DNA of 32,000 nt from Methanosphaera stadtmanae DSM 3091 (GTDB lineage: Archaea > Methanobacteriota > Methanobacteria > Methanobacteriales > Methanobacteriaceae): positions 240,001 through 272,000 of the forward strand of contig NC_007681.1 in the NCBI RefSeq assembly GCF_000012545.1, in the 5' to 3' direction. The notes below the pieces were generated by a model. It saw nothing but the letters and a program-made list of their open reading frames with translations, searched no databases and was not told the origin of the DNA. The translations under genes were made by a program, and so were the position numbers. Each line of letters starts with the position of its first letter. Position 1 is the first letter of the stretch. Shown here piece after piece: positions 26,307 to 32,000 of this stretch.

Positions 26307-28895
26307 ATGCATCCTTTTATTAGTGTAATTATACCTGTTTATAATGTTCAATTCACAATAGAAAGTTGTTTTCTATCTTTAAAAAATCAAACTATAGGAT
26401 TTGAAAATTTAGAAATAATCTTTGTTGATGATTGTTCAACAGATAATAGTCCAACTATAATTGGGAATTATGAAAAAAAATATGACAATGTTAAAGCAAT
26501 CTATTCCAAAGAAAATAGTGGTGTTGCAGGAAAACCTAGAAACATGGGTATGAATATTGCAACAGCAAAATATGTCATGTTTTTAGATCCTGATGATACT
26601 TTTACTGTTGATGCTTGTGAAGTATTATATAATGAAATAGAAAAAAGTAAAGCAGATATAGTTAGTGGACTACATTCTAAGAAAAATAAATTTAATAATA
26701 ATGAAGAGATATTTCCTGGTTTGATTATTAATACATTTTCAGATCCTGAAAAATCATGGTCTGATAGACAGGGTGATGTTGATGTTTTCAAACAAAAATA
26801 TCCTAAACACTTTTATATGGATTCAATTGAAGATAAATTTTCTGTTTTAGGAAATTTTGGGCTTTCAAGTAAAATATTTAATCTTGATTTTATAAAATCA
26901 AATAATATTTCATTTCCAGAATATATTCCAGGTGAGGATTCAGTATTTCTTTTCAATGCATTGATAAATGCAAATGGAATTGCTTTTATAAATAAAATCA
27001 TTTATTCTTACACAACATTTCGTGATGGAGATAATAAATCAGTAAGTTTCCAAGTAGATTTAGATAAAAATCTTGGTCGTATAAAAGCATATAGCCTCAT
27101 GTTAGAAATCAGTGAAGAAAAAGGTATTGTTGATGAATATGTTCACTATATTCTAGCAAATAAATTAACATATTTCTTAAAAAATTTCATAATTAAACCA
27201 GAATATATTCCTGAAACTGATATGTCCTGTATTTTTGATAAGGGTTATGACTTATTTAATGAAGTTAATAAAAGAGATAATGGTGTATTAAGTCCTGAAT
27301 TTAAGAATATTATTGAAAATATTGCCAATAGAAATTATGATGAGACAATAACTGCTTGTTATGAATATAAGAGAAAATATTTTAGTAACATTGTTAAAGT
27401 TAATAAGAAAACTATTCCATTTGCAAAGGATATGAATGTAGCTGTAGTATTAGATCCATTTACATATAATTCATATAGTAATGAATTCAATGCAATACCT
27501 GTTGAACCAGAAAACTGGCATGAAAAATTTGAAAGAGAGGATATAGATTTATTTTTCTGTGAATCAGCATTTAGTGGTGTTGGTGAAGGTAATCTTGTAG
27601 AGGGAATAGCTGTTGAAAATAATTATTCTCCATGGGGTGGAAAAATAGGTGTTAACCTGATTCATGGATGGGATAGTAGAAATCAATTAATGGATATATT
27701 AAAGTACTGTAAAGAACATGGAATTCCTACAATTTTTTGGAATAAAGAGGATCCAACATCATTTGATAACCCTAATTACAACTTTATAGACACAGCTCTA
27801 CATTTTGATTATATTTTTACAACAGATGAAGATAGTATAATAAGATATAGGGCAAGAGGACATGAAAATGTTCATGTACTCTTATTTGCTTCTCAAATAA
27901 ATCTATTCAATCCTATTAGTACTAAACGTTCTAATGATATTATATTTGCAGGTAGTTGGTATAATCAATTCGAAAATCGTTGTAAAACAATGTGTGATTT
28001 TTTTGATAAGGTAATTAACAGTAAGTATGGCTTAAAAATATATAACAGGGCATCTGATTCAACTGCTGAAAATAGAATGTTTCCAGCAAAATATGATCCA
28101 TTCATATATCCAAAAGTATCCTTTGATAAAATGCCCTCAGTATATAAAGAAAGTAAAATGGCATTAAATATTAACACAGTTACTGATTCACACACCATGT
28201 TTGCAAGACGAGTTTATGAATTAATGTCTTCAAATACATTCATACTATCAAACTATTCTAAAGGAATATATGAACTTTTTAAAGATAATGTTATCTATTT
28301 AGATAGAATAGATTCTTTGGATTTATCTGAAGAAGAAATATCCAAAATCTGTGAAGAAAATCTCTATGATGTTCTTCAAAATCATACATATAGTAATAGA
28401 TTTAAATATATTTTAAATTGTATTGGTTTTAAATATAAAGAAAGTATTGAAGAAGTAAATATAATATATAAGGCAGAAAATGATGATGAAATAGATGAAA
28501 TCATAGCAGATTTTAATTCTATTGACTATTATTACAAGAACTGTTTTATTCTCTCTAAAAATGTAAATCTTAAAAAATCAGTTGAGAATAAAGATAATAA
28601 TATAACATTTATGGACTATGAAAATATTTACTTCTTATCTGAAAATAGCTCAGATGAAAATTATTTCTTATTTAGAAATATGGATAATAAAATCAATTCT
28701 GACTTTATTAAAAAGGCATTGTTACATTATAAATATTTAGAAAATAACATAGGCATAAAAGAAAATAATGAAAAATATGTATTTAACAAAACAAGAGAAT
28801 ATGAAGATACATTATTTAATATGAGTCAATTTGATAATATAATTGAAGTTTTACTAAAATACAGAATAAATAAATTCTCTGTTTATAATATTTAG
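26307..28895 (+). CDS. 862-aa two-domain glycosyltransferase: intact GT2 plus CgeB-like (DUF3880/Glyco_trans_1_2-type) C-terminal half
   Basis: The GT2 half carries ISVIIPVYNV...IIFVDDCSTDNS...VMFLDPDDTF. The second half carries VAVVLDPFTYNSY...DLFFCESAF...IPTIFWNKEDP...DYIFTTD...IIFAGSWYN...FARRVYELMSSNTFILSN. Confidence 0.8.
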   Translation: MHPFISVIIPVYNVQFTIESCFLSLKNQTIGFENLEIIFVDDCSTDNSPTIIGNYEKKYDNVKAIYSKENSGVAGKPRNMGMNIATAKYVMFLDPDDTFTVDACEVLYNEIEKSKADIVSGLHSKKNKFNNNEEIFPGLIINTFSDPEKSWSDRQGDVDVFKQKYPKHFYMDSIEDKFSVLGNFGLSSKIFNLDFIKSNNISFPEYIPGEDSVFLFNALINANGIAFINKIIYSYTTFRDGDNKSVSFQVDLDKNLGRIKAYSLMLEISEEKGIVDEYVHYILANKLTYFLKNFIIKPEYIPETDMSCIFDKGYDLFNEVNKRDNGVLSPEFKNIIENIANRNYDETITACYEYKRKYFSNIVKVNKKTIPFAKDMNVAVVLDPFTYNSYSNEFNAIPVEPENWHEKFEREDIDLFFCESAFSGVGEGNLVEGIAVENNYSPWGGKIGVNLIHGWDSRNQLMDILKYCKEHGIPTIFWNKEDPTSFDNPNYNFIDTALHFDYIFTTDEDSIIRYRARGHENVHVLLFASQINLFNPISTKRSNDIIFAGSWYNQFENRCKTMCDFFDKVINSKYGLKIYNRASDSTAENRMFPAKYDPFIYPKVSFDKMPSVYKESKMALNINTVTDSHTMFARRVYELMSSNTFILSNYSKGIYELFKDNVIYLDRIDSLDLSEEEISKICEENLYDVLQNHTYSNRFKYILNCIGFKYKESIEEVNIIYKAENDDEIDEIIADFNSIDYYYKNCFILSKNVNLKKSVENKDNNITFMDYENIYFLSENSSDENYFLFRNMDNKINSDFIKKALLHYKYLENNIGIKENNEKYVFNKTREYEDTLFNMSQFDNIIEVLLKYRINKFSVYNI

Positions 28896-28911
28896 TTAAG
28901 GTGGGATTATT

Positions 28912-30165
28912 ATTAAAAAGGAAATAAAAATTTCTCTCTGTTTATCAGTTTTTCCAGATAAAAAATCAACAGCAGAGTGTTTTGAAAGCTTACTTAATCA
29001 AACATTAGATGAAATTGAAATTATATGTATGCCTGATAATAATTGTGATGAGGATGTTTTAGAAATAATAGATTATTATAAAACTCAAAGTAACATCCCA
29101 ATATCTGTAATGAAACAAGAATTTAACTATAATCAAGTAAATGGTGAATATATATTCTTATGTAATTCTAAAGATTGGTTATCTATGGTAGCTTTAGATT
29201 ATATTTATAATATTGCTAAAGAAAATAATTCTGACATTGTACTAAGTTCAGTAAATATTTATGATGAGAAATTAAAATCCATATATGAATTAGATTATGG
29301 TTTAAGTAATGATTTTATGAATTCTAATTCATTATCTCATAAATTATTTTCAAATGAACTTTTTAGTATGGTAAAATATCCATATAATCTTTATAAAACT
29401 TCGTTTTTAGAGAAAATAGATGCGGATTTAAATTTAAATGAATATGATATTGGATTTTTCTTCTTTAAAACTGTTTTCAATACATCAAAAATTTCATTTA
29501 GTATGGAACCTATTTTGAATATAAGAAAAAAAGAAAGTGATCTATATTATTTTATGGCTAATGATTTTAATAGAAACTTAAATAAAGAATATGTTTCATT
29601 TGACGTAGATTCTTTTTTCAAGAGTATGGAGAATATAAAATCTTTTTTTAGAGAAAAAGGAATATATGATCTTTATAAATATGATTTAACTAATTATTTT
29701 ATGAATATATATAGAAATATTTGTACTTTTAATATGGAAAATGAAGAAGTTTTTTATAAAAAATTACATGAAACTATTCTAAATTATTATAAAACAAATC
29801 ATACAGATTATCTATTAAATTTAACTTCACCTAATATGGAATTTTATAGAATTCTTCTAAAATCAAAAAGTAAATTTGAAGTAGATGCTTTATATAAAAT
29901 AAATGATTTAAAACTTGAAAATGAAAAATTAAGTAGAGAAGTTAATAAGTTAACTAAATTATTAAAAGAAGAAAAAAACTTAAAAAATAAAGAAATAAAA
30001 CAAAATAAAAAAATAAGACATAAATTAGATGAAGTTTTAAATTCTAATTCATGGAAATTAATGAATGGATTTAGAATGATAGGACTTTATAAGTCAGTTG
30101 CTTTAGTTATTTTTATTCTTTTATTAATTATTTCTATTATGATTATTTTAATAATAAAATATTAA
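28912..30165 (+). CDS. Degenerate GT2-like protein with a C-terminal coiled coil and TM anchor. No canonical start covers the GT2 N-terminus. The conservative ATG-initiated ORF is 29029..30165.
   Basis: The frame is open from 28900. Residues (I)KKEIKISLCLSVFPDKKSTAECFESLLNQTLDEIEIIC precede the first ATG (29029). SD AAGGTGGG at 28898-28905 is followed by ATT ATT ATT. The DXD region reads FLCNSKDW. The C-terminus carries KLENEKLSREVNKLTKLLKEE...NSNSWKL plus the hydrophobic tail VALVIFILLLIISIMIILII. Confidence 0.6.
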   Translation: MKKEIKISLCLSVFPDKKSTAECFESLLNQTLDEIEIICMPDNNCDEDVLEIIDYYKTQSNIPISVMKQEFNYNQVNGEYIFLCNSKDWLSMVALDYIYNIAKENNSDIVLSSVNIYDEKLKSIYELDYGLSNDFMNSNSLSHKLFSNELFSMVKYPYNLYKTSFLEKIDADLNLNEYDIGFFFFKTVFNTSKISFSMEPILNIRKKESDLYYFMANDFNRNLNKEYVSFDVDSFFKSMENIKSFFREKGIYDLYKYDLTNYFMNIYRNICTFNMENEEVFYKKLHETILNYYKTNHTDYLLNLTSPNMEFYRILLKSKSKFEVDALYKINDLKLENEKLSREVNKLTKLLKEEKNLKNKEIKQNKKIRHKLDEVLNSNSWKLMNGFRMIGLYKSVALVIFILLLIISIMIILIIKY

Positions 30166-30194
30166 TTAAATACAACAAACATATATTAAAAATC

Positions 30195-31517
30195 GTGATA
30201 ATTATGAAAATTGGGATTGTACTTGGAACTAGACCTGAAATAATTAAAATGGCGCCTGTAATTGATGAAATAAAAAGAAATAATTCTGAATTAGTTCTCA
30301 TACACACAGGACAACATTATGATATTAACATGTCAAAACAATTTTTTATTGACCTGGATTTACCCTTACCTCAATATAATATTGGTATAGGCTCAAATAC
30401 TGCTATTAAACAAATAAGTATCATCATATCAAAACTTGAAGAAATACTAAAAAAGGAAGAAGTTGACATAGTATTAGTTCAAGGAGACACAAATGCAGTA
30501 TTAGCAGGAGCATTAGCTGCAAATAAACTTAAAATTCCTGTAGGACATGTGGAGGCAGGACTAAGATCATTTGATAAGAACATGCCCGAAGAAATAAATA
30601 GATTGGTTGCAGATAGTTGTTCTACACTCTACTTTGTACCAACAAAGGAAACTGGAATAAATCTATTAAATGAGGGAATCAGTCATAAATCAATCTATGT
30701 TACAGGTAATACTGTGGTAGATGCATGTAAAAGAAACATAAATCTTGCACTTAAAAATAGTAAGATAAAAGATGAAATAAAATTCAATAATTACATAGCA
30801 CTAACACTACACAGAGCAGAAAATGTGGATGATGATGAAAGACTAATAAACATAGTTAATAGTCTTATTAATTTACCATATAACATAGTATTTCCAATAC
30901 ACCCACATACAAGAAAATCTCTTGAAAAACTAGATTTATACAAGAAAATTGAAGAATCAGAACATATTCAAATAATAAAACCATTAGGATATCTTGACTT
31001 CCTATATTTAATATCACAAGCTACCCTAGCACTAACAGATTCTGGTGGAGTACAAGAAGAAGCAATAACACTTGATGTTCCATGTGTTACATTAAGATAT
31101 AATACAGAAAGACCAGAAACAATTACATGTGGTGGAAATGTACTTGCAGGAACAGAATCAGAGGAGATTACAAGAAATATTAGCAACATACTAAATAATG
31201 AATCAGTATATGAAAGTATGAGCAGTGCTAAAAATCCATATGGTGATGGAGACAGTGCAAAACAAATATATTCAATAATAGAAGAACATTACAATGAAAA
31301 CAACCTTAAAATAACTCGTGCAGATAAGATAATGGACTTTGAAGGATACTATATGTATGTTATTCAAGAGAATATTACAGTAGCAGAATATGAAAATAAA
31401 AATAAGGGACAAATCATTGAACAAGTATTTACTAATGGAAGGCCAGAATATATAGAAGAACAATTAAATCTAGAAAATAAAACAATTATAGTAAAAAAAT
31501 TTGAAAATGAAGATTAA
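30195..31517 (+). CDS. wecB: UDP-N-acetylglucosamine 2-epimerase (non-hydrolysing, WecB/MnaA family) with a C-terminal extension of about 74 aa
   Basis: Motifs GTRPEIIKMAPV, HTGQHYD, VQGDTNAVLAGALAA, HVEAGLRSFD, MPEEINR, TDSGGVQEEA and YGDGDSA are present. The track start is GTG 30195, and ATG 30204 (MKIGIVLG) is more likely. Confidence 0.9.
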   Translation: MIIMKIGIVLGTRPEIIKMAPVIDEIKRNNSELVLIHTGQHYDINMSKQFFIDLDLPLPQYNIGIGSNTAIKQISIIISKLEEILKKEEVDIVLVQGDTNAVLAGALAANKLKIPVGHVEAGLRSFDKNMPEEINRLVADSCSTLYFVPTKETGINLLNEGISHKSIYVTGNTVVDACKRNINLALKNSKIKDEIKFNNYIALTLHRAENVDDDERLINIVNSLINLPYNIVFPIHPHTRKSLEKLDLYKKIEESEHIQIIKPLGYLDFLYLISQATLALTDSGGVQEEAITLDVPCVTLRYNTERPETITCGGNVLAGTESEEITRNISNILNNESVYESMSSAKNPYGDGDSAKQIYSIIEEHYNENNLKITRADKIMDFEGYYMYVIQENITVAEYENKNKGQIIEQVFTNGRPEYIEEQLNLENKTIIVKKFENED

Positions 31518-31521
31518 ATAC

Positions 31522-31539
31522 TTTCTTTTTTCATCTTTT
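31522..31539 (+). terminator. T-rich tract after wecB at the convergent junction
   Basis: The sequence is tttcttttttcatctttt, 5 nt after the stop. Confidence 0.3.
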
Positions 31540-31583
31540 AAAAAAACTATTAGATAATGTTGAAATATTATTAAGGATAATTA

Positions 31584-32000
31584 TTAAGACTTAGATTTAT
31601 TTTCAATATAATCTAATATATCTTCAGAGGATTTTTTTAAAGTAATACTTCTTTTCTTTTGTTTAGAACTTTGTTGTATTAAATATAAGTTATTATATTG
31701 ATTATTTAATTTTTTGAATAAAATATTTATGTCCTGGTTTATTTTGGATAAATTTTCAGTTTCTTCTTGAATCATTTTTAAATTTATAAATTCATATAAA
31801 GAATTTGATTTTAAAATTAAATTAAACTTTTGCAGAGTCATCATAGGTATTTTTTTCTTTATTTCATCATTTAGAAATTTCTTTTCTATTATTCTAAATT
31901 CAATTTTTGCTTTTTGAAAGTATTCCTCAGATGAGGCTGGTATTAAATAAGCAAGAATTTGATTTATTTTAAATAAAATGAATTCATCTATAAATTCTTC
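31584..32000 (-). CDS. Hypothetical coiled-coil-rich protein, C-terminal part only (the reading frame stays open to the right edge of the window)
   Basis: The frame of the 31584..31844 ORF continues without a stop through 32000 (EEFIDEFILFKINQILAYLIPASSEEYFQKAKIEF...). It is Lys/Asn/Gln-rich and I recognised no motif. Confidence 0.5.
   Translation of the reverse strand, partial: EEFIDEFILFKINQILAYLIPASSEEYFQKAKIEFRIIEKKFLNDEIKKKIPMMTLQKFNLILKSNSLYEFINLKMIQEETENLSKINQDINILFKKLNNQYNNLYLIQQSSKQKKRSITLKKSSEDILDYIENKSKS

Noticed and set aside
28893-28925. Alternative explanations for the missing start of the degenerate GT2: GTG at 28901, or a frameshift fusion with the upstream 862-aa gene
   Set aside because: GTG 28901 is out of frame and hits a stop after 8 codons. 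The upstream gene ends at a clean TAG (28893-28895) in another frame after a complete C-terminal domain, and a strong SD sits between the two genes. That argues for separate cistrons.
824-31463. The remaining short track ORFs, all overlapping longer annotated genes: 824-1021, 1733-1927, 2250-2432, 2310-2525, 4024-4248, 4143-4364, 6265-6477, 9464-9700, 11973-12194, 15517-15831, 16006-16293, 17594-17776, 18490-18684, 25267-25560, 25588-25869, 26501-26791, 26813-27001, 27965-28198, 30968-31189 and 31272-31463
   Set aside because: Each is 60-104 aa and lies antisense or out of frame within a motif-supported CDS, or within the albA/terminator region. None has an SD or a recognisable domain.
1-32000. 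Search for tRNA, rRNA, CRISPR arrays, IS elements/transposases and prophage modules
   Set aside because: No GC-rich structured stretch typical of tRNA or rRNA appears in any spacer. No regularly spaced repeats are present, and no transposase-like or phage structural ORFs. Only a lone tyrosine recombinase is present.

Overview
This is a very AT-rich archaeal window. The evidence for archaeal origin is an Alba chromatin protein, an MtaD/DadD-type deaminase, GGAGG-type Shine-Dalgarno leaders and oligo-T terminators. By inference the host is a Methanobacteriales-like methanogen (Methanosphaera or Methanobrevibacter type), which would have a pseudomurein wall.

Positions 1-7.6 kb are ordinary core genome. 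They hold a tightly packed PadR / ABC ATPase / ABC-2 permease / PQQ beta-propeller operon, then albA, a LeuA/CimA-family synthase and mtaD.

A tyrosine recombinase at 7.6-8.5 kb marks the switch to a roughly 23 kb surface-glycan locus (8.6-31.5 kb) that is even more AT-rich. Its parts list looks bacterial rather than archaeal:
- an LCP-like ectodomain protein
- a Wzm/Wzt-type ABC exporter
- a monotopic polyprenyl-phosphate hexose-1-P transferase
- six GT2-containing proteins, including two GT2+CgeB-like fusions, one 888-aa dual glycosyltransferase and one degenerate GT2 with no canonical start codon
- a GT-C-like polytopic membrane protein and a DUF1616-like membrane protein
- a small sequon-dense anchored protein
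- three nucleotide-sugar enzymes (Ugd, WecC, WecB) that point to a GlcA / ManNAc(A)-containing, acidic polymer

My main hypothesis is an ABC-transporter-dependent, teichuronic-acid-like secondary wall polymer pathway with a candidate ligase to the sacculus. I saw no tRNA, rRNA, CRISPR array, transposase or phage structural genes. All homology calls come from motif recognition by eye, since no searches could be run.
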